Of a DNA stretch of 64,000 bases, positions 38,779 through 52,337 are shown piece after piece. Position 1 is the stretch's first letter. The number at the start of each line of letters is the position of its first letter. Source of the DNA: Syncephalis fuscata S228 (taxonomy: Eukaryota; Fungi; Zoopagomycota); the NCBI GenBank assembly GCA_025786725.1, contig JAHLTZ010000001.1, forward strand, positions 496,001-560,000, given 5' to 3'. The notes beneath the pieces were generated by a model, which searched no databases, had not been told where the DNA came from, and saw only the letters and a list, made by a program, of their open reading frames with translations. The translations under genes and the position numbers were made by a program.

Positions 38779-39412
38779 TTTTTGTTACACGATTTAGCTA
38801 TTTGATGAAAATAAGTATATTGTTTGGTTTTGCAGAAGCGATAATGATGTCTTTACTGTTGTTTTCACTGAATGACTTGGTCCTCAATATCTACATGCAT
38901 ACAAAATAACACATAACCTGTCCGGTCTTTACTTCAATCCGCCAGTTACCCGCACGAATGATGTAACAATGTTTATAACACAGCCCAACCCAACCCAGTA
39001 TATATGGGATAAAAATAGATATATTAGCCTGTGTTTTCTGTTACATGGTTTAACTATTTGGTAAAAGCGAGTATATTGTTTGGTTTTATAAAAACGATAA
39101 TAATGTTTTTGCTGCCATTTTTACCGATTTGGTCCTTAATATCGGCATGCATACAAAATAACACATAGCCTGTCCGGTCTTTACTTCAATCTGCCAGTTA
39201 CCCGCACGAATGATGTAACAATGTTTATAACACAACCCAACCCAGTATATATGGGATAAAAATAGACATATTCGCCTGTAGTTTTGTTATACAGTCTAAC
39301 TATTTGGTAAAAACAAGTATATTATTTGGTTTTGTAAACACAGTAAAGACGCCTTTGCTGCCATTTTTACTAATTTGGTCCTCAATATCCGCATGCATCC
39401 AAAATAACACAC
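38779..39412. repeat. About 245-255-bp tandem repeat (about 2.5 copies) in the distal upstream region of the micro-exon gene
   Basis: gcatacaaaataacacata.cctgtccggtctttacttcaatc.gccagttacccgcacgaatgatgtaacaatg at about 38897 and 39149; ttggtcct.aatatc..catgcat.caaaataacac occurs three times. Confidence 0.9.
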
Positions 39413-40699
39413 AATACTGATGCAAAAACAAGTTTAATATATTAAAATGGTATTTATATACAAATTTTTAATGCTATATATAAATTAATCGTCATTCTTT
39501 AAATTATAAAGTGTGTTGATTGGTACATACATGCATTTCATTCGACACTATGCCCATTTTTATGGGGTAGTTATTGTTTTGAATTCACAAATGCATCACA
39601 TTCAGGCATACCGTTCTACATGTTATACAACTACCATCATTCAAATGGCGGTTAATCCAAATCACCTAAAATCGACTATACAATAAGTACTGTTTGTGGA
39701 ATGATTCATCATGACATTTTGAGCGATGGAACATTCCAACAAGTTATTTCTTATTAGTTTTTAGTTGCAAACTCGATTGTAGCAGCTAAACTACACACAT
39801 TACAATATGCAGACACTAGAATAGACACAATAGAAAGTTTTAATTGAGTAGCAGCAATTTCAAGTGCATAGTGTCAATCAATTGCATGTCAATTGATAAT
39901 CATCCAAGGCCTAACTGCTGCTTACATTTCTGAAACCAATCCTGGCAAGTCAAGGAAGATGGAATGTAGAAGAACAAGCCAAAGCAGAAACCAATGGAAA
40001 AACAATTGGCAGCTCAAACGCTTAGTGATTTAACATATGGCAAATCATTATAACTATGCTAACCTAGACTGTGTTTATCAAAAAGTTGACTATTGCTGAT
40101 GCGACCAGAACAGCAGCAATGTTAAACCGAGATAACGCACAGAAAACAGAGAGTTGTAAATAAAATTGAATTAATGAGTTATTAGTTAAATAACTAGTTA
40201 TTGTCGCTATAATTTATAATTATAGCTGTTTGTATGAATAAATATTTACAAATACATTGTAGCTTTTTATATACTTATATTTATGCAACCACCAACTAAG
40301 CCAACTATTATAAGTCTTAGTTTAGTTATTTATCAAAGTAAACAGCTAATATTGTACATTATTGCATTAATAGAAAAACATATTATTCTTATTTATTGAT
40401 CATTAATAAAAGCTGTATAGCTATATATTAAACAAAACATTGGATTGAACGCGTAATATCTATATGGTCATGTCATTTTTAGCTTGACTTTTACATATTT
40501 TATTTAATCATTTCATTGTCTTCTTATCGCTATCTTATTGTTCTATTCAGTAATATATTACATGATAATGCCAAATATAGCAATATAAATAACATGTGTA
40601 TTTGAACACCAATAAATAACATTATCAATCCCTAGTCTTTATTTCTCTTATTTTACATCAACACCTGTTCAAGCAACCTCAACAGCATGCCGTATATTC

Positions 40700-41059
40700 T
40701 GGCTACAGCTGTCACCACAAGCTCTTCCTGGTGAAAACACTTAACCTATCATTATTGCATATGGTGGAGGCCAATTTGCTTTATCAATGGTCGGCAAATA
40801 AACTACGCCTATTAAGTTGATACCAAGAATGCTCAAGACAATGGCGAACATCGGAAATGCTAGTCGTCCTACCTTTTTGTCACCATAGACGAGTATCTTA
40901 CATTGCAAATAGGCCCAAATACAACAGCAGAAGATTGGAAAATAGAATAAATCATTCAGACGCAAGAAACCACATTGTTGTAGTAACAGCAATAACAACA
41001 GCGGAACGACATGGAATTGTAATCAATGGCTTTTATTAATATTCGATCAATCTTTCTAC
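40700..41059. repeat. About 360-bp direct repeat, copy B (degenerate membrane-protein gene fragment; ORF 40741-40998 minus)
   Basis: Nearly identical to 33401-33757. Confidence 0.92.
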
Positions 41060-41623
41060 GCATAGCCAACAACAACAATAATTAGCCTCAAATATTTTAA
41101 AGGAATTAAATAGTATGTTATATTCATTATTTAAATACTTAATATTAGTTTTAATACAACGTTCTGTTACAATTAATCTATTTTATTTTGTGGAAATGAT
41201 AATGCTGTTACATTTATTAATATTTATTGTGAATGATCATTTAAACACAAATTAACCCAATCAAATTATTACAATGGATTGGGTAAAATGATTTACTGCC
41301 CCAAGGGGACTAAAGTAGATATTAGCCATTTAATAATAGATAGTCAAGCCTTTATAATTGTTTTTAGCTTGTTACTTATATATAGATTTAGTTAAATTAG
41401 CCACTGTTACATTCAGTAAATACATTATTTAGTTTAAATTATATTTAATAGCAAGCTGATAATAATAATCATGCTTGCTTGTTTTATTCCCGCAAGGAAA
41501 GCAAGTAACTGAGAAAATACCAACAAATAACATGTGGCATAATAGACATCGTCAGTACAAACCTCCTGAGTGCATCGGCAAACCACAGATGGAGCTGTGC
41601 TGCATAAAAGCTTGTCGATTGGT

Positions 41624-42016
41624 TTAGTAGAAATAACCAAGAATCTTGCCACCAACGTGCTTGCGACGGGCTTCCTCGTGATCCATAATACCGGAGGAGC
41701 TGGTCAAGACCAAGTAGCCGAATTGACGGGATGGCAACAAGTTGTTGACCCACTTCTCGAGGTCATTCAACTTGACGTTGAAGCGTGGAGAGATGACACC
41801 ACACTTGTTCAAGCGACCGTTAAGTTGGATCACAATCTTGCCAGAGCGGTGGTCATCGACGATTTCGAATTCGCCAATGTAGCCGTGACGCTGCATGACC
41901 GACAAGAACTTGATGATCACCTTGGAGCTTGGGCGAACCAAAACCTGGCGACGACCACGACGCTCAGCATTGTTGATGTTGTTCAAACAGTCGTTCAAGA
42001 CGGAAACGCGAACCAT
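41624..42016 (-). CDS. RPS22: 40S ribosomal protein uS8 (S22/S15A)
   Basis: [38 protein letters not shown]...GGKILGYFY, 130 aa. Confidence 0.99.
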   Translation of the reverse strand: MVRVSVLNDCLNNINNAERRGRRQVLVRPSSKVIIKFLSVMQRHGYIGEFEIVDDHRSGKIVIQLNGRLNKCGVISPRFNVKLNDLEKWVNNLLPSRQFGYLVLTSSSGIMDHEEARRKHVGGKILGYFY

Positions 42017-42621
42017 GATTGCTGATGGTCAAGGAGGTTGAACACAAAAACTATTTCAAAACAGCAGTAATAATAAAAACGCGTCAGTCTAGTGCCTAAC
42101 CAAGAAGAGTGTCGATTTTATAATAAAATCGATTCGTTCTGGTTGTTTATAAGCAGATATATATCGACCATTTCAGCTTGTAGGTAAACCAAACGTGGGT
42201 ATTGTTCGTTCAAGCTAATGCACTATTAATAGTCCATCAGTTTGTCTCAATTCCACGCTTGTGCACTAGCCTACAAGTGTCTGGCGTGTGTGTTTAGAAT
42301 AAATTCAAAAATAGCAACATGTCTATAGATAGATGATGAATACTACAGCAAATATCTATTTTAAAAATCCATGTTTATCAAGAGATGATATACAAGATAT
42401 AATCCACTTTAACAACACGAATATCGATATAGAAGCAGATGGATATACAGATGGATGATGGATGGATGGATGGATGGATGATGCTTACCTATCGATGTGT
42501 TGAATATCCGAGGGGAAAGAGAAGGAACTCTTGTGATGAGTGGTGAGCAAGTGTCCAATGAATCTAACATCTCACCCACCCACACACGAAAGTATATTGA
42601 TTGAAAAAAAACTTTATCGTC

Positions 42622-43348
42622 ATGTTTGCATTAGGAATCTACATTACAAAAGGACACGGTGTGCATGCGCTAAAAGTGCATAATGCTTCGCTTAGTAGAG
42701 CGTGTATTGGTGCTGGTTTGAACACAAGATGGTTGACTCGGTCATTTGCTACAAAATCCTCGTCAAATACGACAACAACGCCGGCTACTGACATCAATGG
42801 CCGGCTTATATATATTGGACATTTGGCACGTACTGCTCGTTTTTTGAAACTATTTTCTGTATCCTCGCTGGGTATAACACTGATTGGTGTGCCGTTTATT
42901 TTTATGCTAAAAAGCGGTATGACTACCGAGTTCCGTACCGCTCTGGCTAGTGCAGGTTAGTATGATAGTCATGGTTGTGATTGTTTTAACTTAGCACGCT
43001 ATCATGGTATCAATAGCTCTCTTTACAAGTATTTCATCCACGTCTATTATTCATTTTGCGCTTGCACCCTACGTTACGCAGATCACACTGCCTGGTGTTA
43101 GTACGGAGGCTGTACCAGAAGCGACGGAGACAATTACTGCCAACACCGATCTGTCGATAGACACACTCACGTTCTTTGGACAGCCACGTCGCACTAACAT
43201 CAAAGCAGGCGATCTACTTCCTTCTGCTCGTGTTTTTTCAAGCTGGCGATCTCCTATTGGCCAAGAGTTCCATGTTCAGTCAGACACGGTGCAAACCGAA
43301 GAGATGTTGCAACTGGTTCAATTAGTTCAATCAAAGCAAACACAATAA
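42622..43348 (+). CDS. TMEM70/TMEM186-like mitochondrial membrane protein, one intron
   Basis: Transit-like N-terminus; LIYIGHLARTARFLKLFSVSSLG and STSIIHFALAPYVTQI; two TM segments. Confidence 0.7.
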
Positions 43349-43448
43349 TAGCGTAATTAATTAAATTGTGGCTAAAACACACTAAATATGATCTATTATA
43401 CAACGATGGTGCATATAAATTGTTTATATTTGGTGTTAAAACAATAAA

Positions 43449-44353
43449 TTAAGACTCTTCTAATATAGAATATTGCCGTGTTATTGGTTCGATATCAACG
43501 AATACAGTGCGCATTTTTTGATGTTGACGAATTAAAAGCAATGATGTCACTAGCCCTGTAATAATAAATAAGTAAAACGGTTATTACGTGCAAATATACT
43601 TACAGTCTATAATAAAAGCCATCTCCGTAGCTGGTCCAAATATTTCAAATGCTGTCAATAGCGCGCAAACGATATTTGATGCAATCACACCAAGCAAATA
43701 AAAAAGCCATCTTGCTTTAGCTTTTGCCAACATGCACTGCCAAAAAGACGATACTGTTTGATGACAGTATTAAGAAAGATTGCTGAAAAAAGAATATTAA
43801 TGACTAGTTCAGCGATAGAATGAAACCAAGGAAAGCAAGAAGGATAGCGTATTATGCAGCCAGATTTTACAGTGTTTAAAATTTCGCTTTGCAACCATCC
43901 TACCCAAATGTTTACAAACTAAGACAGTATAAGAAATCCACCAACCCAGAGCAAGCGACGGTCATGCATCTGTACAACATATGTCTGGATCAATAAACTG
44001 AGAGTAACGCAAATGCTCGACACTGTTAGACTGAAAGATACAACCAAAACAGTTGCCCGACAAGTAACTATGCTGGTAAGTAATGAGAAAAGCGTAAGCG
44101 TTCCAACGATTGCGCCCATGAACGCCTGTGTAAAACAACACCAATTGGCAACGCTTTGTTGATTTTGTATTATGAATCAAATTGTATGCCATGTATTCCA
44201 AGCAAAGGTCCATGAAATAAGCACAACAAAGAATACTTGGACAAGTTCGTTAGAAACTCGTAATCTTACATCTGCGATATTTATGGCCTGTGCCATAAAA
44301 TCGAGCGAAGAAATCTCTTCTAATGAATTAGATGGAACATATTCGCTGACCAT
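43449..44353 (-). pseudogene. 7TM/GPCR-like family copy C, disrupted
   Basis: EISSLDFMAQA, ANWCCFTQA, KQYRLFGSACWQKLKQDG. In-frame TGA at 44177-44179 and TAG at 43919-43921, plus frameshifts. Confidence 0.8.
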
Positions 44354-46131
44354 GGCCAGTATGCCTGAGTTTTATTCTCGTGACAGTATAAATATTTATA
44401 TACAGAGATTTTTGGATATATTAACTAACAGAGAAAAAATAGAATGCAGATATCAATAAACCAAAGTGCCAAGTTAACGGCTATGTATACAGGCTAATGC
44501 CAATCTTTTGTATTGCATAGGTTAGGGTCAATCAAGCATGTGCATACTAAAGCATGCGTTACTGATTTGAGCTATAACTCAAGGTCATGTTCAACTTTTC
44601 TGCCACCGTTATCTATTGAGAGTGCATTGCGCATTTTATCTACAAGATAAATAATATTGTTCTATTTTTATTAGGATTTAAAATGCCGCTAAAATTGAGC
44701 GTTATACATGCTGCATTGCAATAAGTAATGTATAATTTAAATAGTTTAAAATAATATGGTAATAAAAAAACCTTTGACTGCTTATAGTTTCAATAAATCT
44801 GACGTGGTATATATCTATTATGAATCATGCCTATTTCTAAGCAATGTTTATCTTCTAGCCATTTTCCAACTTATGCATATAAATAGCATTACCACCGATA
44901 AGCACATGCTCATTGCCAAATATAAACTTACAGTACAGCGTTTGTTTAGATCGAAGAAGCTACTTCACTATGACTATTACATTTTATTTATCCATTTCAC
45001 CCCTTAACACTTTTAAATACAATTAAACACCCATTCATCACTATAACATGTATAATATTACATCTAACATTTATTAATTCATGTGTAATTATTAATACGA
45101 TAATGTAATGTAATTAGTTATATTTATTATTGCTTTAATACATATACATTGTCATTTATTTAGTCAGATTGGCTATAGGGAGGTGGTTGTTTAATAAACG
45201 ACATTTATAATAATTATATTAATCTTGATCTTACATCACAAATATGCCCAAAATGCAATAGTAAAATATTAGAAAATAGAATAGATCATTCAGATGCAAT
45301 AATCCATGCTGTACGTAGATGCAAAGACTGCAGAATAACATAAAATCGCAATCATATGGCTTCTATTAATATTCAGTCAATAGCTCTACACATGGACAGT
45401 AACAACAATAATCGGCCTCATGGGTTTCAAAGTAGTCAAATGAAAGCATTATAACTATGTTGTGCATAATAATGGTATGAATCTAATTAAAATGAATTTT
45501 GCTTTGAAGACTCCAAATGTAAGAGTCAAAGTACAATTCAACCATTTCGAAAGCTAGAAATGACAATATACGTGACTCGCTTAATTCATACAAAACTAGA
45601 CAACGTCTAATAATTGCAATTAATGCATTTACAATTAATCCAAACAATTTAGAATCCCATGATGTAGGTACATATTACTAGTTGTTAATAAGCATACAAA
45701 TAATATTTACAAACTTTCAAAATAATCGATAAATTAATTATCATAGTATACCGTTGATATAAAAGTAATCTATTATACAATTAGCAACTAGTTTATAATG
45801 ATTTTAACAACAAGTTACATCATTAAGCTAACATGATCAGTACTAACAATAACGACAAACCATTATGACCACATTTTTGTTCATAATAATCTATAAGCTA
45901 TAATCATGTGTAATTTTAATAGTATTTTATCAAATAAATTATCGAGTGTAGTAACAATTTCTAGATTATAAATGTGTTGCCACTATATTATTATACATTG
46001 CTAAAATATTCATTTTTGATCATGCAAATAAGCGTTGCTATAGTAAAAATAGACTGATAGAATAATTTATTAAATATTAACACGCATAACCTGTGATTAT
46101 GTTACTTTTATTTTGGTCTTGTTGGTTTTGA

Positions 46132-47147
46132 TCATTTACAGTCCACGAACACCGAGTACTTTCGAGTAATTGGACGATTGTTTAAAAATACAGTTTGCAT
46201 CGTCTGGTTCTGGTGTACCAATAGCAGCGACGTTATTACCCCTAGTTGATTTTAACTAAACGTTAGCCGTTGATGCATAAAACCATGTGTGTTGTATATC
46301 TATTCTACTTACAATCAATTGTGAGAAATGATTTTGGGAGTGATGTTGAACCAAGTACAGTGGAAACAACAATGCAAATGACATTCGATAGCATTACGGC
46401 AAATAAAAAAAGTAGGCCGTCGCTTTTTAGTTTCTTCCAGCATCCACTGCCAAAAGTTTGATACTGTCTAATAACCGTGCGTAAAAACAATGCCGAGAAA
46501 ACAAAGTTGATAACCATTTCAACGCCGAATCGATACCATGCATAATAAGGTCCGAAATTAATACCGCAGCGAGCACTTGTTGCGACAAAGAACATCACCT
46601 GACTCCAGAACAGCCAAGGGTAGACGAGTTGCAACATAATGAAGAAAACACCCACGTAGATAACTCGGCGGTCGCGCATTTGTACGGCATAGGCCTTGAT
46701 CAGCAAGCAAACGGTGACGCAAATACTCGAAATAGCGAGACCAAAATTTTCGGTCCATATGCATATCTTACAAGTGATCGCACTGCCGAGCAGCGAGGAA
46801 AGAGTCATAACGGTGAAGAAGACGCCGCAAAATGCTTGCAAGAAACAACTCCAATGAGCAATACTTCGCGAATTAAGTCGTATCAGTCGTATAGAGCACC
46901 ATGTATTACGTATGAAAATGTACAGAATAAGAACATCAATAAGAGTGTGAACAGCATTATCGAGATTGCGCTCTTGTGCTTCGTCCAAGTTATCGGAACT
47001 GCTTAGGTAGTCAAGCGTAGAAACACGACCAAGCCAGTGGTAGTTGAGATTTCTTTGCTTACCATTTCCTTTGGGATGCCAATTCGTATTATTATCTTTG
47101 GGCTGCCAGTGATGAATTCTGTCATTTTCATTCCAGCTCATGTTCAT
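46132..47147 (-). CDS. 7TM/GPCR-like family copy D; intron 46242-46312
   Basis: RVSTLDYLS, AHWSCFLQA, LLIKAYAVQMRD, RQYQTFGSGCWKKLKSDG. The intron splits the same Trp codon as in copy A; exon 2 reads WVITSLLLVHQ...CK*. Confidence 0.82.
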
Positions 47148-48161
47148 AATAGTGATGATAATAAGTAATTATACACACTTTTGTTTCAAACAATGTGTTT
47201 TAAAAAAGTCGACCAGTAGTGCTAATCGTAATAATAAAGTAAACAGAGTGACTTAAACGGTTAGAGAATGATTATGTGGTGGTGGTGGTATCAACCATTT
47301 AAAAGCGTAAGAATTCGTGCCAGTGCAATGGGACAAAACAGGATATAACTTGCTTTTTAATCTAATTATATTGTTTCCATAGTAGACAGAAAATGGTCGA
47401 GGTGAGTAACGACAAGGCAACGCACGTATACACATGGGCCTTTTTAGCCTCCGTGGTCAATAGTACGCAATAACTCCCAATATACACTTTACCAGCCAAG
47501 AAAAATGGCTGATGCGACTGCTCTATACATAGGCTCAAACCGGTACAGTGCAGCAGGAGGCAATAGTCAAGTACTGTTTTATGTTTGAATAGTAATTATT
47601 TGCGCTCGGTCTTATGAACAGGTTTGTTTTCATGTTGTACACCACCAAAACTAGTCATTAAATGAAGACTGATTGACGGGATAAAGTTGAAAACCATGGT
47701 TATACACACACATAAAAGTAACTTGGTGAAACCATCACGTTTGTAGTTCCTTTTCTAGTCATTCTGTGTAGAAAAAAGATGTTTGAATAATGGGCAAATA
47801 ATTGAAACTGCCTTAGGAATAGTTACGCAACGTAATAGTACTATGCGGTGAACTACATTTGTTTGAGGTTTATGCTTACAATGAATTTATTCCAAAAATA
47901 TATCAATTACTTTCTTTTTTAATAAGTAGTACTTTTGTGATCTTATTTATAAACAGTAGCTATTATTCCTACTTATGCTATTAGTATGCCAATAGTATTA
48001 ATATTAATGGCTCATATTGCATTGAGTGCTTATACACAATATGTTCATTAGTATGCGTCTATTTATGATAACACATGGAGCATTAGCACATTATTGGCAT
48101 CAAAAGTTATATGTGAATAAACGATGAAATATATTTTGGCCATCCTACTTTCCAAGCAGAG

Positions 48162-51100
48162 TTACACACCATAGCGCTTTTGTAATGTCTGTCGCAACTG
48201 AGGCGGGAATCGGCCCACGGAGTTATCCCACTCTGCACCTATCATTCCCTTGTAGGCGTGCATAATCTGGCAAGGTGCATGGTTGTTAGTCGCACTGTTT
48301 GTATGTAGCAATAGTAAAACGGTGAACCTACTTTACCAAACATCTCGTTTAATTCGGCTGATGGCGAGTGCCACGTTAGAATTGACTCGCAAAAGTCTTG
48401 GAAGCACTAGTAGTTACAATTGTCATGTTATAAGGTAGAAGTGATGTTTTTATCGTTAGTATTAAGGCCTTTCTATCACAGTCAATATACAATATCATTT
48501 TACTTACATCAAGCATGCCATTTGGATTGATTTGAATGACCTGGCACATTCCACGGAAGGCCGTTTCCTTCTCTCTATCGTCTTGCATCGAAACCAAAGC
48601 GTGGCACCATGATTTAGCAAATGTTGGTAAATGTGGTGCAACGAGAGCTGCATTCATCAATCCAAGTCGGCCGATAGCTACCGCAGAGTTTTCATGCAAT
48701 GAACGTGGAATGTCATCGCGTATGACAATAGGAATAAGTCGTTCAAGCAGCGGATTGACGTATTCTTGAATGTCCGCGCCAGCTCGCATGGCAATTTCAC
48801 CTGCTGACCATGAAGCATTATTGCAGACACCCACATGATCGGCACGTGGATCAATCTCCTGAATAATAATTGGCATAATCTGTTGCAAATGTGGTTTAAT
48901 ATGATCGAAGCAGCAAACGGTCATATCACCAAGAAGAGCATAGGCCGATTGGCGTACTTCATTTGATGTATCCTAATGATTAGTATGCACATTAGTATCG
49001 ATTCATTATATTACTGTAATTTTTTAATTAGTATTTATCTTACCTGCATACTCATACCCATAAGCGTGAGCATAGGTGGATCACTGGCCATAATAAGTGG
49101 CTCTGAAAGCTGGCCAAGACCTTGCACGAGTCCACTTAGCAAATCAAGGGAAACAATAAGGAAATCCTTGTCGGGTGGATCAAGTGTTGGGTTCTGCACA
49201 CACGCTTGTGCTTGCATCAATTGCTGACTAACAATGCGAATTGATCGTTCCCAAATAGGTGCAGCGAATGGTTGGAAATTGGGGCCTAGAGCAACAGCCA
49301 CTGATGCCAACGACTATAGGTAACAATTAGTTAACGCATTATTAATTATACTAAACATTAACTTACCTCTAATAAAGCAAACAAATCGCGATCATCATCT
49401 GGTAGTTCTTGCCATTTCTTCAACAGCAATGGCATAAGTCCTTCAACAAACTCGGGACGATTAAGTTCAGTGCCAACAGAATCGGCCAATGTTCCAATGG
49501 CATCCAAAAGAGTCAACAAATTCTTACGCTGATATTTGCTAAAAGCAAAGGCAAAGTTGCGAATAATGGCATCAAGGAAAGGAATCAATTCGTCGGTCGC
49601 CTCTTCTTCAAAAGTTGCCAATGCACTGCAGCCAGCACCTTGAACTCGCTTATTATTATCGAGCATCATACGCATTAACTATAATAATTGTATGTTAATA
49701 TATATATATATATATATACTATTACTACACTAATATTACGTATCCATTTAACCGTTTTACTTACTCCTTCTATCACGGCACCTACTAAATTGTGTCGTTC
49801 TTCTTCATTTTGCAATGATATAACCCATTCAGAATAACGACTCAATGTCCAGCAAGTAATTGATCGTACCAATGGCTATTATTTAATTAGATATTGTCAA
49901 AATACACCCTATAAATAATCACTTACATTGGCATCATTCAAAGCTTGTAGCAAAAATGGAATAACTGTAGGCAAATGAGGATACATACCCTCCAAACAAC
50001 CTAATTATACTATTGTTAATACTAATACGAGTATTAACATTGATATTAGTAGCTTACCTTCAGCAATGGCACCAAGAGCAAGTATACCACTTTCACGCTC
50101 TTTCCAATCTTGACTGTAAATCTTCTCTTTGATGGGCGGCAATAATGCATCCAAAATATCACTTTCAAATACATTTGACATTACATCAATAGCAGCTGCA
50201 GAACATTTACGTAAATTCCATTCACCCATCATATCGTCGTCGTCATCGTCGTCATCGTCATCGTCATCATCATCTTCATCTTCGTCATCGTTATACTTTT
50301 TAGTATTACCGGCTGCATCAGCTTGGCCATTAGCTTGGCCATTAGCATCTCCTTCCGTTTGTGCGTGTTCGTGCTGCTTCGCGTGGTGATGACGTGGCTT
50401 AATATCTTCTTGGCGATCCGGTACACTTGTATCCTCTTCATCGCCCAATAGTGTAAGAATATCCATATCGCTATAGATCATACCCTTAAGTAGGATGGGA
50501 ATAACTCGAGGTAGATACGGCAATAGCTGGTCGCGTAAATGATCCTGTTCGGCAAAGGTCAGCCAGAACTCACAGGCCTCAAGGGCCACCGCCTCATCTT
50601 CTTCCTGCGTACTATGCAGCATATAATCAACAATATTGTTAAAGTGTGGCGATAGCGTGTCTGGTCGCACTTCCAGTAACGTCACCAACGCATGGCAGAC
50701 ATTCTTACGCACTTCCGAGTGCGTATCAGTAGCCAGCATAAATAGCGATGACAAATAAGCATCAAGGTTGGCGAATAGCGCTGTCGAGTGAATAAATGTA
50801 AATTGTTTAAGACAAAGAAGCGCATACACACGCAATTTAAAGTTTTCATGGCTTAGAAAAGTAATAAACTTGGGTACCATTACACTGGCTGGATGGAAAC
50901 CTTGATAGTCTGAATCCAATTCACGGGTCGAGTCTTCACAAATCTTTTCCAAGGCATTGAATGCACCCTATTACGTATCATCGTCGTTAAGACACTATAA
51001 TCAATAAAACTGTGTATACTGTACTTACTTCGACAATATGTAACTGTGGACTATCGAGTAACTCCATAAAATGCGGCAAAACTTGTGGCCAGCTTGATAG

Positions 51101-51545
51101 GCCGGCGCGTGCTACAATTGTCGTTACAATAATACCGGCTGTCGATCTTACCATTGGATTCACATCGCTAATCGACTGCAAACAGTGCTGCTTTACATAT
51201 TCCAGCACGGCCGGCTGGATTTGTTCAAAATGTGAACGAACATTATTTTTAAGTACTAGACCGGCAATGGCTCGTACTGAAACGTCTTCTTGTGGCATTT
51301 GAGATAAAATGTAAATCAAATAATTATTGTAATCAGGAATATTATTAAATGATTTCAATTTCTAAGTGTAGTGTAAAAGTGAGCCACACCATTCATAGAA
51401 TATAAGTGTCTGTTACTGTAGACCACGCCGCCATCCTTCTACTTACCTCTTGCACCATAATCTGAGTTGCATTGTCTGAAGAAATGGAATCTCTTAAGAG
51501 TTGCAGCAATTGCTGCATACCCTCCTGCTGCGGCACCCAATCCAT
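48162..51545 (-). CDS. KAP104: Transportin-1 / karyopherin beta-2, multi-exon
   Basis: [17 protein letters not shown]; [17 protein letters not shown]; acidic H8 loop followed by [13 protein letters not shown]; [13 protein letters not shown]; [10 protein letters not shown]; [11 protein letters not shown]. Confidence 0.96.
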
Positions 51546-52337
51546 AGTGGAATTGACAAGGTGCACTATCAAAGTTTATCTATATACACGCACATAGTGT
51601 TAACAAAAATAATAATAGCCTGCCAACGCCAAATCACTCGTCATCATCTTCCAATAACACTATCCTAAGCAACCGGCCACGACTGCTTGCTCTTTCCCGC
51701 TCATTTGCTCTCTACTCATGTAGGTCGAGCAGGTCTGATCTCAAGAACAATGGAGACTTAATCATCAAGCGTTGCACTACTTGTAATAGTGCATGTCAAG
51801 CTGTTGTTGTCCATTTGCTTATTTTTCTTTTCTTTTAAACGACTCAGTCTATACACGTTTATGTTACTTCACCACCCACTTACATTCACTAGTTACAGCG
51901 ACCGCAATAACAACAACAACAACAGCAACAACAACCACTAGAGTGGTGATAACAATACACCTTCTTCAACTACACGTGCAGGTAGAATAGGTAAAAGTGT
52001 GAAAGTGTGAGAGAGTGGAGGAGTGGCGGTGCGCGCGATAGCGTAGAAGGCAAGAAAGTATGTAGTGACAGTGTGGATGTGTGGGTATCGCCAAAAGAAA
52101 AATCAAAGGTACCAACAATAATAATAGACACACACACACACACAAATTATTACAAGTTTTTACAATAACTATCAAGATATAAATTACTGTACATTTACAC
52201 TTTCATTACAAATAAGTGTAATAATAATAATAATAACAAAAATCTAATACTATTTTATTAATATATTATTGATTATACACGCACACATTTATAATATTAG
52301 ACTTTTCATAAATAAACGTCTATTTATTCAAATACAT

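Noticed and set aside
33401-41059. LTR retrotransposon defined by the 360-bp direct repeats
   Set aside because: No TG...CA termini, primer-binding site or gag/pol remnants seen; the repeats look like a membrane-protein gene fragment.
41570-42025. 151-aa plus-strand ORF overlapping RPS22
   Set aside because: Antisense shadow of a highly codon-biased ribosomal protein gene.
50232-50292. (TCG/TCA)n microsatellite
   Set aside because: Encodes the normal acidic H8 loop of transportin.
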